Positions 1 to 14,560 of a stretch of DNA of 64,000 nt are shown here, in pieces. A program made the translations under genes and the position numbers. Position 1 is the first letter of the stretch. The number at the start of each line of letters is the position of its first letter. This stretch comes from the human T2T-CHM13v2.0 reference genome, Homo sapiens. The stretch lies in assembly GCF_009914755.1 (NCBI RefSeq), contig NC_060939.1; one strand, written 5' to 3'. Under the pieces are notes generated by a model, which saw only the letters and a list, made by a program, of their open reading frames with translations, searched no databases and was not told the origin of the DNA.

Positions 1-379
1 ACAAAACTGAGTGGAGCGTTTTCTGGAGCAAATAAAATAAGTGATACCTGGCACCATAGAAGTCTGGGTCCCATTACTACGTTCAGAGGCATTAAGTGAA
101 GGTTTAGATTCTGAATGTTGAGACCTCCCACCCTGTTCCTAGGACACTCGTGATTACTTTACACTCAAAGATTACTTTTCAGGCAGGAGATAGCAGAGAC
201 TTTCTCTAGGGAAATCTGACTAGGAAGACTTAAAGATCCAGACGTTTGGAGTTCCCCCAAGGAAACAGCCTAGCTAAATCATGCTCCCAGGAGAGCCCTT
301 AGTCTACAAGCCCCATCCATGAGCACAGTTTCCAGTGAGATTTTCAGTGCCTTACTCTTACAGAGACATTTGAGAAAGG

Positions 380-1020
380 CCTTTAGGGTCAGAACAGAGG
401 CCTACAACAACTAAAAAGAAAAGCAATTTGGATGGCCAGAAAACTGTGCAGAGGGTAAAAAGTTCAAATAAACTACCAGTTGTATCCTCAGAGGACTAAA
501 GAGAAAATAGTGCACTCAGAATATAAGAACAGGCTGCTGTAACAAAAGGAACTTTCAGAGAACAGCAAGAAATAGGAGAGAAATGAAAAAAGAACCAAGT
601 CGGCCAGGTGCAGTGGCTCAAGCCTGTAATCCCAACACTTTAGGAGGCCGAGGCAGGCGGATCACGAGGTCAGGAGATCAAGACCATCCTGGTTAACATG
701 GTGAAACTCCATCTCTACTAAAAATACAAAAAATTAGCTGGGTGTGGTGGCAGGTGTCTGTAGTCCCAGCTACTCAGGAGGCTGAGGCAGGAGAATGGTG
801 TGAATCTGGGAGGCAGAGCTTGCAGTGAGCTGAGATCATGCCATTGCACTCCGCCTGGGCGACAGAGCAGGCTGTCTCAAAAAAAAAAAAAGAACCAAGT
901 CATGAAGTTCATGACAACTTCTCATTAAAGAACCAAGTCAAGAAGTAACATGAAAAATAGAAGTTCCAGGAAGAAAGAACAGAGAAAACAAAGGGGAAGA
1001 AATCATCAAAGAAAAATTTT
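380..1020 (+). mobile_element. Ancient L1 ORF1/HAL1-like relic interrupted by an Alu
   Basis: A-rich purine sequence 'aaaaggaactttcagagaacagcaaggaa' and 'aagttccaggaagaaagaacagagaaaacaaaggggaagaaatcatcaaagaa' resembles old L1M/HAL1 ORF1; boundaries approximate. Confidence 0.45.
602..890 (+). mobile_element. Alu, AluY-like
   Basis: Dimeric Alu with 'gatcacgaggtcaggagatc' and 'gagcttgcagtgag'; poly(A); TSD aaaaagaaccaagtc on both sides. Confidence 0.95.
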
Positions 1021-1324
1021 AAATTTTAATGTTATAACATGGGAAAAATATATGTTTGTACAAGATTGCCCTTCTCTTAGTATTCCTATAGAAAAAAAAT
1101 CATTTTTTTTCCCCAAATGACATATGGCAGTGTTTTTTCTCAGAAAAAGTGAGTTTTTGTTGAGGATTAGTAATAGAAATTTTCCCAAGGAAAATTTACT
1201 ATAAAAAATACAAATAATTGGATATAACTACCTTTTGTCTCATTGGAATGTACAAGCTTAACACATCTAATTTTTACATACACATATTGTTTAATGGATG
1301 CCAGATAAGACTCATTAGATATCA

Positions 1325-1780
<456 letters not shown>

Positions 1781-1849
1781 TCATTTTGTCATTTTCTTTC
1801 CAATATCATTTTTAGATTCAAGGGCTGTTATCCTAATTTTTGAACTGTT

Positions 1850-2140
1850 AAAGAGCTTAGACTGGATTAACCAGAATTCAGTTCACATATTGGCACCAAC
1901 ACTTATAATCAGTGTGATCTTAGCCAGTTCAGTTTGTCACTCCAAGTGTCAGTTTCTTATGTATAAGTTGAAGGTAACATTAGAATTCATTCATTCCTTA
2001 AATATTTATTGAACACCTTTTACATGTCAAACACGTTATTAAGTGCTGGGATACATTGGCAAACAAAATAGGCATATTCCCTTTCCTTGTTGAGCCTACA
2101 ATGTATTAAGGGAGGCAGAAGATAAACAATAATAAACACT
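1850..2140. mobile_element. MIR (+) followed by an L2 3' end (-)
   Basis: 'gtgtgatcttagccagtt...tcagtttcttat' MIR core; 'ttcattcattccttaaatatttattgaacacc' L2 tail. Confidence 0.6.
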
Positions 2141-2378
2141 TATGTTTTTTGAAAGGAAGATTAGAAATATATTCAATATTCTAGGCTTTTTCATGAACAC
2201 TTTTATTTAACATTAGCAACCACATAAAGTTACTTGAAGAAGTAAGCCTTTTGAAATAGCATCTTATATGTATTGAGTGCTTACCAAGTAATAAGAATTA
2301 TGAAACATTATCTAGCCTTGGCTCTTGCCTCTAAATATACAGAACTCATTTTCCCCCCACCCCTACCCAGCTGCCAGG

Positions 2379-2406
2379 AAAAAAAAAAAAAAAAAAAAAA
2401 AAAAAA
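2379..2406 (+). repeat. (A)28 mononucleotide run with no attached Alu or L1 body
   Basis: Seen directly. Confidence 0.9.
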
Positions 2407-2649
2407 CCACCACCCTGACACAGCTGTTTCTAATGGGTGTGTGGTTGTGGCTTTGTTTGCTTTTCTAGCCCTTGGTGATTGTGAACTGGTCCGAGGGGTG
2501 ACGGATGGCTCTGTATGCTCTGTAAGCAGCTGCCGTCAACTTTTCCACACCATAAAAATTTGCCATTTGGTGTGTTTCACTCAAATACTGATATTTTCTC
2601 TTCTTCTTTTTAAATATTTAGTTTCAAGAATGTGAGTGAAATCTTACTA

Positions 2650-2882
2650 CATGTTGAATATTCCTAACCTGAAAGCCCAAAATTTGAAGTACTCCCAAAT
2701 TCGAAATTTTTTGAGCACTAACTTGAACCTCAAAGGTCACACTAATGGGAGCATTTAGGATTTCAGGTTTTTGGATTGGGGATGCTGGTAAGTATAATGC
2801 AAACATTTCAAAATCCGAAAAAGGCCAATATCTGAAATATTTCTGGTCCCAGGTAGTTCAGATAAAGTATACACTCAACGTG
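2650..2882 (+). mobile_element. Tigger4a/MER46-type Tc1-mariner MITE
   Basis: Starts ta|catgttgaatattcctaacctgaaa; internal 'ggagcatttaggatttcaggtttttggattggggatgct'; ends 'tacactcaacgtg'; degenerate terminal inverted repeats. Confidence 0.8.
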
Positions 2883-3967
2883 GATCATGTTCAGTCTCCT
2901 GATCCAACTAGTGAAACATTTTACCTGTTGACCAAAGTTTTTGCTGAGGACCATCAAAAGGTGAAAGGATCTGAAGGGCCCAAAGACAAAGGAAATTTCC
3001 ATGGAAGATTTTATAGGAAAGTGGGGAGGATGTAATTCTGGAATCCTTGTCATGGGTCCTCCCCTCCCACTGAAGGATGCTGAGGAAAAGAACATGTAAC
3101 AGTTTCTGTCACTCATTCCCCTGCTCTTACTCCCTTTTCTGTAATTCTGTCTTGATTTTTTTCCACTGTCTTTTTTTTGGGCGGGGAGGGGGGGCGTCTA
3201 AAACTGTGTGTAACTTAATGCAAAAGGAGCTGTTAAAATGACCTTTGGCAGATGATGGATTGACTAGTTCAGTCCTTTGCAAGGTCTGTGAAGGGATCCA
3301 GCTGTCTCATATTACCATGCCTAAATGTGCATTTTCCAAGGTTGTCAGTGATTGTAGTGAATGTGAAACTGGCAGACAAAGTGAAGTGTTTCCCACTGAA
3401 TAAAGCATTGTTGAGTTTGCTTTGTGTTCAGAGCTGTCGGGAACAACCATGAGATTGACAAAACAAGATGGAACAGGTGCTAGCAGTCCCAGCTAAGCAT
3501 TTTGTTATTTTGATGGATTTCAGACTGATTTTAAAGTTTTTCCAACAGCACATACTCATATCATGTATACACACAAATACACAGAATTTGAAATTTAAAA
3601 AAAAGCAAAGTCTTGATATGAAGAATAAAGAAAGACAAAGCAGGCATTTGACAACCCATTTTCAGATGTTTGAAGGATTGTCAGTGGAGAAGCAGCAAGC
3701 TGATCTTTTATGACAAGAAGGCTGAACCTCCTGAAGCTAAAACAAAAGCCAAAAAAATAATAAACTCCCATGACTTTCTATTCAGTATAAAGAAGGATTT
3801 TCTGATGGATAGAACTCTACACTTTCCTCCTCAACAGTGAAATCATTTGCCTTTAGAGGTAAAAATGTCCCATCCCTGGGGACACATAAGTAGGGACTGA
3901 AGGACTGTTTGTCTCAGATTTTTTTCTGTAGAAGACACAGATATAAGGTTAGACAAGATGCAGTCAT

Positions 3968-4327
<360 letters not shown>

Positions 4328-5489
4328 CTAGGAGTAACTGAGTGGTATTGGATTACTTTTGAGTTGAGATCTGAAAGATAAGAAGGAACCAGTCTTCTGG
4401 TGACATGTCTCAACACTAAAATTCTGAGTCTATGATAATTTTGGGAACCATGTCTGCCAACTTTGAGATATCCAGTGGTAAAAACCACTGCTCCTAGAAA
4501 ATTCTCTTATATGCCTTATGTTGTATTTAGAAACTAGAATTTTTTTTAACCTAAAGGGAGACTTTAACTTAAAGAGAGACTTCAGAGCTTGTTAAATCAG
4601 ACCACTTCTCTTAGCAGTGAGGAAGCTGGTCTCCAGGGAACTGTGCAGAAGAGGACTGGAATCTGGGTCTTCTGATGTGAAATGTAGTGCTCTTTCCTCT
4701 CTTCCAAGCTCTTGACATCCTCTTGCTCAGTGTCATTCTAACAAGAAGGGTGACAACATCACACTTTTTTTTAATGTAACACTTAACAAAGCTATTTGGT
4801 ATTCATTATCTCTTTCAAGCTTCTCCCCACTCTGAAAAATCAGCAACTTGAGGCACCAAATATTGTTTCACTTTATAAGCATCAAAGTTCCCATTTTGCA
4901 AATGAGGAAACTTAGATCCAGATAAGTTAAAGGACTTTTCTAGAAAGGTTAAGTGAATAGCTCAGGCAGCAGCAGTCAAGTATTCTGACTCATGGATTCA
5001 AGTCTGCTTCTTCCATTATGCTTTAGGAAAGTAGATCAAGTAGTTTGAAAAAAGAAGAGATGAATGGTAAATGGAACTGAGCAGGAAATCAGATAAAGGA
5101 AAAGACAGGTTAACTGTGACTCTGCTGGTCAGTTAAGACTGCTTTTCATAGGATTATACCTTACACTATCCCTGTAGCTGGTTTAGTGTCACCATATTTC
5201 AAAATGTGCTAGTTACCTTTCAGAAACTAAGGCCTAGTTTATTTATTAAAAAGAAACACAAATATTAACCTAATCTCCAGTATGTCTACTGTAATAGGAA
5301 GTAGGTAGGTAAGGATCTCATCTAATTAGTAAATATTTATCAAGTACTACCCAGTGTTGGCAGTAAGGGTACATACTTTGCCCTCAGTGACTCCTTGACT
5401 AATAGGTAGAAAGAAAAGTAAAAGTGCAATGGAAACATGTAGAACTGGGCACATGAGAGTGTGGGCTGACATGAGTGTCAGAGAAAGCA

Positions 5490-5965
5490 TTTCAGTTATT
5501 GATTACTGCTTAATAACCTACCCAAAATTAGTGGCTTAAAATAACCATTTATTTACTCAGGATTCTGTGGGTCAGGAATCCTAGCAAGGCCCAGCCATTC
5601 TATGTAGCATCAAAAGCCTCTCATGAGGTTGCAGTTGGGTAGTGGTTAAGGATGGAAGATCCAAGATGACTTCATATGCGTGTATGATGCTTTGGTGGGG
5701 ATGGCCAGGAGTGGCTGGGACCCTCCTCTCCCATCTCCCCTTCATGGCTAGCTTAGACTTCCTTTGTGGTGCCTGGTGTTCTAAGCTGTGATTGCAAAAG
5801 CTACAGATCTGTTAAGGCCCAACCTCAGAAATTACACAGGATTGTTCCTGCCACATTCTGTTGATCACAGTGTAGGTTCTTGATGATGAAACAACAGGGT
5901 CACATTCCAAAAGAGCATCTTGGGCTGTAGATTCTTTTAAGGCCATCACTGGAAGCACGGCACAT
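5490..5965 (-). mobile_element. MLT1 (ERVL-MaLR) LTR
   Basis: 'aataacctacccaaaattagtggcttaaaataaccatttatttactcaggattctgtgggtcaggaat' is a typical MLT1 end. Confidence 0.75.
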
Positions 5966-6428
5966 TTCAGAAAGCTTCCTAGAAGTGCTGGTATCTAAGT
6001 TAAGTTTTGATGAATGGGTTAGATTTGGAGGGCAGTGTTCCAACAGGAGCAGCAGCATGTACAGAGGCCAGAAGTATGAGAATATCAGCTGTTTATGACT
6101 CCCTTGACTTTGAAATGTCTAGAAATAGAAATGTGAGTGAAGTTGAGCTCAATAGACTAGACCCCAGCCCTGATGTTTTCTCAAATACCCACAGCTGCAT
6201 GATTTCAGAGAATGGTTTAGAACTGGAAGCCCCCAAAGCTAGGTCTCTAAGAGACCATTGTCATGATTAGGGGTGCCTGCTGTCAGAGGACACAGGTCAG
6301 CGTTACACAAACTTTTTAAAAGGGTGTTATTTCTTAATTCTTATTATGAGGATTCAAATGGCTGTTGAAGTAAACACGTGAGATGGGGTTTGGGGCAGTT
6401 AACTCTAATCATTTTTAAAAAATTTTTA

Positions 6429-7075
<647 letters not shown>

Positions 7076-8173
7076 TAATCTTTTTCTTCCTTGGCAACCT
7101 TTTAATCTTTAATAAGAAATAAGTCATCTAAATTCATCATAATGGTTAAATATGTGAAAATGGTAGCTACTGATCAGTCTAAGCAGTGATACGTAAGAGG
7201 GCCTTGTCGGTTAAGACCATCAGATCCTAATACTAAAGAGTTTGTGTACCATGTTCATTAAGGTACTGTGGCATAGAAACAAGCAAACCAGGCACCTCCA
7301 GGTTGACCAGTCTCCAGGAGAGATCAGCATCAGGGGATATATCATAATCAACAAATGCTTATTGTCAACCTACTGCAAAATGCTATTTCTGATGTCATGG
7401 AGAACATAAAAGTTTATGATTTATACTTTGCCCTTAAACAAGTTAAAATTTATAAGGCACTAGAAACACAGGAAGATGTAGAACACTGGGAACTGTCACC
7501 AGGAAGGATGTGATACACACTGCCCAGTGAAGGGTATGGGCAGAGAGTGGTATGAAGTTTGTCTACAAAATTGTGGGTAGAGTCTTCTAGGATTAACTCC
7601 TGACAGAAGAGGAGAAAAGGAGGAACAATTTGAATCAAGTCCTGAAAGAATAGGTAGGCTGGAAATCTATCTACTCATCTGTTGCAACATCTCAGATTCC
7701 AGATAGGAAAACTGCCCTCAGTGTTGCATTTTGAGCTATGCAAACATTTGAAGAACATTCATTTTTCAATTAGAAAAGTAAAATGGTTGCTCTCATTAAT
7801 CATGACTAAACTTTATGTCTCTTTAACTCAGAGTCTCTCACGAATTTCCTCTCAGTGCACAGAATACCATGGAAAAAGACCTTTGCCATTGTTTTTAACT
7901 GACTTTTAGAGATTTAGTTATATACCCAGATATTTTCATTAGTATTCTGTGAGTAGAGCTGTTGATGGAAATCAACATGGAACGGTTAAAGTGTCTGTAA
8001 AGCTACAAAAGTGGGTATTTTTAAATTGAGGGTTTTTTCCCCTTTTTTATTTATCAATTAGCTGCCTTATACTTACTATGGCCTAGTTAAAATTGTATAT
8101 TCCATTTAAACACAGTATCTAACCAAAAAGTTACTCAGCTAGGGTTTTTGGTTTAATGTAGTATAGACAGATT

Positions 8174-8330
8174 AATATACACATACACAAACATAAACAC
8201 ACGCATATATATACACACACACATGCTTATATATACATAAGTATACACATACATACACACACATATGCTTATACATACATAAGTATATACATATATATCT
8301 ATATATATACACACTTACACACACACAAGG
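8174..8330. repeat. Compound (CA)/(TA) low-complexity repeat
   Basis: Seen directly; includes the repeated unit 'acacacatgcttatatatacataagtata'. Confidence 0.9.
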
Positions 8331-8519
8331 AAAAAAAGAAAATGATGTAAGTGAAATAGCATATGGGAGAGGAAGGAGAATTATGTGTTTTGGGACAGCA
8401 GGGTTAGAAAGACCAAGAAACATTTAAAGATTCAAAACAATAGCATTTAGCCTGAAATCTACTTTTTATCATCTTTACCCAGCCATCAGAATGAAGAAAG
8501 ACAGTGTCCAGCTGTAGCA

Positions 8520-9030
8520 GTAGTTTGGTAGCAGGAGAATTAGACGTAAAGGTACTAATGCCTGAGGGGTGGGTCATGAATTAATAATTGCTATGTGGCG
8601 GATGAGCCCCGTCAGAAGAGCTGAAAATGAGGAAGTTGCCTTGCAGAGCGCTATCAATCACTCAGTGACCATAACTTCCAGTAATTAGTGTATTTTATGG
8701 GCCTTTGCTTCAGTGGCTCGAAAGCACATATGCTCCAGTCACAGCTAAACTTTGCTGGAGTAATATTCCAGGATGATTTATCCTCCTGCTGCACTGGGAT
8801 ATAACCCTATATTAGGTGAAGATTGTGAACTAAGCTGCAATAAAGTGTAAGTTTAGGTACAGTTTGCCCAGGTTGAGACCTCAATGTATCACGCTTTTCA
8901 GCATTCATGGTTAGGCTATAGCAGGCAATCATTTTTAACAGTGAAACAAATAAAGCAATTAAAGGAACAGCATTAGGATATTGTACTTGTGAATTACTGT
9001 TGCCCTCTTCCTGTTTAAGTGTCTACTGTA
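8520..9030. promoter_or_regulatory. Candidate conserved developmental enhancer
   Basis: Repeat-free with retained CpGs; ATCAATCA (PBX-HOX, 8653-8660), TAATTA and TTTTATGG motifs. Confidence 0.45.
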
Positions 9031-9087
9031 ATAAGCCCATTTCTTTTTATTTTTTTAAAAACGTACTCTGTTAGAAACATTTGTTCG

Positions 9088-9141
9088 TTTTTTGTTTTTT
9101 TTAAGTTCCAGGGTACATGTGCAGGATGTGCAGGTTTGTTA
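9088..9141 (-). mobile_element. Extremely 5'-truncated L1PA 3' end (about 55 bp)
   Basis: poly(T) followed by 'aagttccagggtacatgtgcaggatgtgcaggtttgtta'; degenerate TSD agaaacatttgt / agaagtatttat. Confidence 0.7.
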
Positions 9142-12100
9142 AGAAGTATTTATCTGTAATGCTGTCTTTTCTCCCTTATTATTAATAATCTGGGACAGAA
9201 TGCAGAACCTTCTGAATGGTAGATAAGTGCTTGATTTATTTATTTGTGCTACTGTTTGGGCTCCTTAAGTAAGTTTATATCAGTGGACTTTGGTGAGGAC
9301 AAGTAGTTGTTGTTTTTTGTTTTGGTTTTAATATTGGCACCCGTTAAGGCGCACTCCTGATGGGACCCTCACATTTAGGCTCTTTCTACACAAAGAAAAA
9401 ACATTAGTTACAAGCTCTCAGACTACTTGGCACTTTTCGTATAGGCATAATGAGTTATTTGCTGTGGCTCACCCACTGCACTAGAAGTCTATGAGGTCTT
9501 TGCAGACAGGGTCCTTTGCCATTGCCAAAACATTTGTAGAGCCCAGTGTTCCTAGGCTCTTAACAAGCTTTGCCACCAACTTACAGTATGACCTTGAGCA
9601 AATTAATTAAGCTGCTGGTGCCTCCATTGGGCCATAATTCTGTTTGCGCTGAAGAAATCCTTAGAGTTTGTAGGAAAGAGTTTGTGAAAATAAGCATAAA
9701 TTGAAATAGGAAAAAATACGTGTGGGTTCACTATATTCTCTTGAGAGTAAAGTATTTCTTCATCACTTTTAATGATGGTGTCTTTGAATTTCCTTAAATA
9801 GACACCAGTGATAAGCTAATTTCACAAATGTAGATGGAAGGGTGTACACAGTTTGATGCTTTTGTTACATTTATTATCCCATCTTTAATTTGCAGTGTAT
9901 TATGATATCATACAAGTTAATAATAATAAAACAAACTAATTGTCTTTAATTAAAGTGAATTAGATTTTGATTTTAATATATTTGCTGTAGTGAGTACTGA
10001 TAATGTGGAGGGTCCCAAAGGTTATTAGGGCATGTTTCTGTTAGGCCTGATGGTGTTAGTAATAATCCTCTTCCTCATAGTTCTAGACATGAACAAATAT
10101 GTCACTTCATCAGTCTCTGTTACTCGCACTTATGCCCCTCCACAGGGGTTGCAGATTCCACAAGTTATCAGCTAATGGCGTTATACATTAAAAATTGAAG
10201 CTTTCCTCACTCTGAGGCCTTTCAAGGCTTTGTTCTTAAGCCCCAGACACTTTGGAGTGCAGCTGCAAACTATAGGCAGAAGATTAAATTAATTTGTAAC
10301 TCTTTTTTTTTTTTTTGGTCCTGCATTACTAAATCCTCCACATTTAATTGAAACCCTACTTCAAGACGCTTTGTGTTTCTGTGTTCTTTGTTGTCAGTTT
10401 AACCTCCAAAGCACTTTAACACCGGTAAATTGCTGTTATATCCTTTGGATTGTTTTTAAACCATTCAGTAAGAGAACAGTGAAATTGATACATGGGGAAA
10501 AAAGTAAAATCTTAGAGTAGATTTTGAGGTATTTAATATTTATTATGGTTCTTCACCAGCATAGTTTCAGATGATTTAAACTCTTTCTCTAGGACTGTGT
10601 AAATTGGTCTTGGGATGAAATCTCACCTAGGGAATTTTATGTAATCCAGTAGTTAAGTCTGATTTTTTAAAGTTTCCCTGTGTCTGAGTGTTCCAAAGTG
10701 GCTGCTGCATTTCTATAAAATGAAGATTTAACTGCAGCGCACAATCTAAATGCAAAATCCTTAGATGGAAATTTAATTGTGTAAAATGTACACAAGGTAA
10801 TTAAGAACAAATTTTAGAACATTTCAGACTATAAAGTTGTCATTCAGCTAGATCACTGGCTATATTGAAAATGCTTATTTTCAATTTGTAGTTATGCCGA
10901 GAAACATAGAATATGTCTAAATTAAGAATAAAAAAATCCAGTGCTCTTCAGTAGAACTGTAAATTTAAAACTACTCCCACAACATAGTTGATATTCTGAG
11001 TAGGAGACTTGATTACTAAAAACATGTCTTGAATTTGTGTCCTGCACTTGTTTTCTGGCTACAATGTTTGTTTTCTCTTTATCATTTATGATTCTATGAC
11101 AATAATTATTTTTATTATCAACAAAAGCCATTCTGTTGCTTTGTCAATAAATAACTTCTTTTTGTTAAAATACAAAGATTTTTATCGTGTTATATATTTG
11201 GCAATTGTTATGATCTCTCTTTCACGCACAGGCACACATACAAATATATTTGTTATTTAAATTATAAAATCCAACATATTCAAATGCTGCTAACTGAAGA
11301 GCATTTTATAGATTGTGGTTGGCCAAGTCAAAGGTCAATAAGATGACACTAAGGAACGTCCTATTTTTAGAGTGAGATGTTAGTTGTTTACTGCTATTTA
11401 AGTGTATCCCCAACTGGTAACACTTCAGACCATTCTTTTTCAGCCTTTTACATAATAAACGTCCCGCAAGAGAGTCTTCAGCAGTTTGCTAAATCTTAAG
11501 TATTTGGAATTAAAGTGTACTTTTTAATTTAACATTAAATAGAATCCCTTATCTCTACCTCCACCCCCTGGCCCCAAATAAATAAAGCTTTTCCAAATCT
11601 TTTACGATGTGAGCTGCTCCCCTCCTGGGAATGAAAAGGATATGAGACCCATTTGATGAATTGCTGGCACTTATATGTGTCTACATTTTTCAGTACACTT
11701 TTTAAAAAAAAAAACTAGACTTAAGCTGCCTATATTACATGCTTCTTTTGTAAAGATGATAAAGAGAGCAAAGATTTCTATTGGCATAGGCCTAATCTAT
11801 TTGCTTTGTTGTGATTCTTTTTTTTTCTTTCCTTTAACTGTTAACCTATTTATAAATCTAAATCTACATACAAAGGTCATTGGTTGGCTGAACTTAAACC
11901 ATTTTACTCAGTAAATTTAATTAAGAAAATACAGTGCAACTCATAAGCAAATGATTTTTTTCCTAGTTTTAAACCAAACCACCCTCTTGAGTGCTGATTG
12001 CCTTGCCCGACCCCTAGTGATACAGAAACAGGCAAAATTAAAAAGGACATTAAAGCTTCATTAAATCTGAAACACATTTAGTACAGTGACATATCTGCAG

Positions 12101-12334
12101 GCCATTTCAGAGAAGATTACATACTCTCTTTTGTAAGTTTCCTAATTTATAATACCTTGACAATAAAAACTAGGGAAATGCAAGTAGATTAATAGACCAG
12201 TAGGGGTAAAAGATACAGAATGGCCCCAGGTCTGCCTGTGTGTGAAATATTCACTTGGAGCATATGTGCTCCTTCTTCCCCATAAGGGTCCCATGTTTAT
12301 TTTGACTTTTGACAGCCTCGTGGAGAACTCGTTC

Positions 12335-12523
12335 TTTTTTATTTATTTATTTATTTATTTTTTGAGTTAGGGTCTCACTCTTGCTCAGTCTGGAATGCAA
12401 TGGCATGGTCAAGGCTCACTGCAGTCTCTACCTCCCCGGGCTCAGGTGATCCTCCCACACTAGCCTCCCAAGCAGCTGTGACTACAGACACGTGCCACCA
12501 CACGCCTCTCATTTTTGTAGAGA
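12335..12523 (-). mobile_element. 5'-truncated AluJ-like element (right arm plus linker)
   Basis: (TTTA)n tail; perfect 14-bp TSD gagaactcgttctt at 12323-12336 and 12520-12533. Confidence 0.9.
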
Positions 12524-14184
12524 ACTCGTTCTTCATGCAGCCATATCTACTAAGAAACCATTTTCTTTTTTACCTCCTCCCAATAGAACTTGATAAAAAG
12601 AGTTCTAGAGCCTGGCTATATGTTTCCTTCTACTTTTCTATAAGACAAATAGTGTGGAACATAAACACTGTAGCTGCATTAGACCTAGAGGGATAGAGGC
12701 ATACATAGAAGGCAGCGGTCCTCTCCTGGGGCCTTAAAATGACTGCTTTCAGTGCCAGCCTAATAGTGCACTTGCCAGTTTTCACTGGCATAGATTCCCA
12801 AGTCTTTCAACAGCCCAGTGGTGACACTCTGTAAGAGAGGAAGTGATTGTCATCATGCTGCAATTGCAGCGGTACCTACTAGTTAAGATCAAAGAACCAT
12901 TCTCTGTCTTCTAACTCTAAAGAGGTCAGACCTGCAAGATGTCTTACAAGCAGTCCTCCCAGGAACATAGTTAAAAGGTAGGACTGAGGTTCCACAAGAT
13001 GTCAGGAAATAACACTGAAAGCAAAGCCAGACCCATGAATGATGAGTTCACCAGTTCAAGCACTGGCACCTGTTCCCAAGCAGACTGGTACAGAGAGGCT
13101 CCCAGCTGACCAAACTGCACTAAATTTTCTCTCTGTTGTCTTGCATGGCATTGTCTTACAGAGCAAACAAATAACATCAGCCATCCTTTTTTACCTTGTA
13201 CAGTCATGACAGAGAGGGCCAAGTAGATGAATGCACATTCCCAAGTTGGCTGGAGCCTGGCCTCTCTGTAGAACCATGACCACTTGCAACCGGAAGCTTT
13301 GTGTTGAATCGGGAAGAATTCACATTTTTTGCTGTATCTCACTCCGTTTTAAGCCGTCCATTTACCATTGCTTAATTCTTTAAATTGCAAGAACCAATGG
13401 TCAGTGTTGGCACCTGCCAGCTAGTTTAGATCTTGACTATATGTGTGGTGGGCAAGTTTCCTCTGTCTTTAAGCCATGTGAACAGAATTATTCCATGGTC
13501 CCTGATGACATGCTGAGCATATACCCAAGTGAATGGTGCAATGCCTGTGGAAGGTCTTGAGCTAGAATGTTCTAAGTGCTTTGTAGTAGTTATTAAGCTA
13601 TTAGCTTTTTTAGGTGTGAGACTCTCCTCTTGCTGGTTTTCTAACTCCAAATGGAAGTATATGCAAAAGTCATAATCCACAGATCACTGTGATACCTGTT
13701 AAGACACTGCAGACTGTTGCAAATGCCTAGTTCACCCACCACAGTAGACCATAGTAATTCCTCCTGAATCAGTGTGCACACTCTGATTGGCCAGAAACAA
13801 ACTATTTTCAAAATGTAGGGCAAACCTACGAACCTGTATTGAAAGGAGGTGGGGTGGGGACAGAGGATGGGAGAACTGAGTCTCTCCCTTTTCCCTCCCC
13901 GTACATAGACAACAAACATAATCACACAAAACTTCGAAAGGGAGTTTGGCAAACATCTACACTCTCTTTCTTTCACCCCATCTTGTGATGTTTTTGTTAT
14001 GTACAGTGGAAGAGATTAATGATATCCATCAAATGAAATGATGATAGTATACCTATATCTTGAAAATCCATACACATATCAGTGTATATTTTGTGTACAA
14101 GATATGAGTACAAGGTAATGAAACTAGGTATTCTAAGACATACATATATACACATACACACAAGCATATGTGCAAATGAGTGTG

Positions 14185-14560
14185 GGCCTTTTCAAAGTAG
14201 TCACTTTACGAGGTCATAATGTTTATTCCTGTTACATGGCTATTGTTCATATTGGTTTTAGAACTTTGATAACTTCAGCATATTCATGTCTAAGCAACAA
14301 AATATTTAGTTTTTGTATGTGGCTTTGGGTTTTGGTAATATCCATAGGCTATTCAAACCTTAGTCTACAAATAATTTACATGATGAACAAGCTGAGGGGT
14401 ATAATTTTAAATCCAAGATAAGGTGCATACTAATAAAATGAAATAGGTATTCTGTTAATTGAAATAATTCTAAAACAATTACAAAAGGAGAATTCAGAAA
14501 TGTTTGAGCAGTGTCAGTGTCTTTGAAATAAGCGCAGAACTTCTCAAGATCTAGAAAGGC
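14185..14560. mobile_element. MARNA-like (mariner-derived) element
   Basis: 'ccttttcaaagtagtcactt' at the left; 'ggagaattcagaaatgtttgagcagtgtcagtgtctttgaaataagcgcag' at the right; both resemble the recalled MARNA consensus. Confidence 0.55.

Noticed and set aside
2450-2640. Possible cryptic exons (2469-2521, and a 10-nt 2622-2631 between a pyrimidine tract/TAG and GTGAGT)
   Set aside because: Both would shift the frame and neither matches MEK5; such motifs are common in long introns and there is no transcript evidence.
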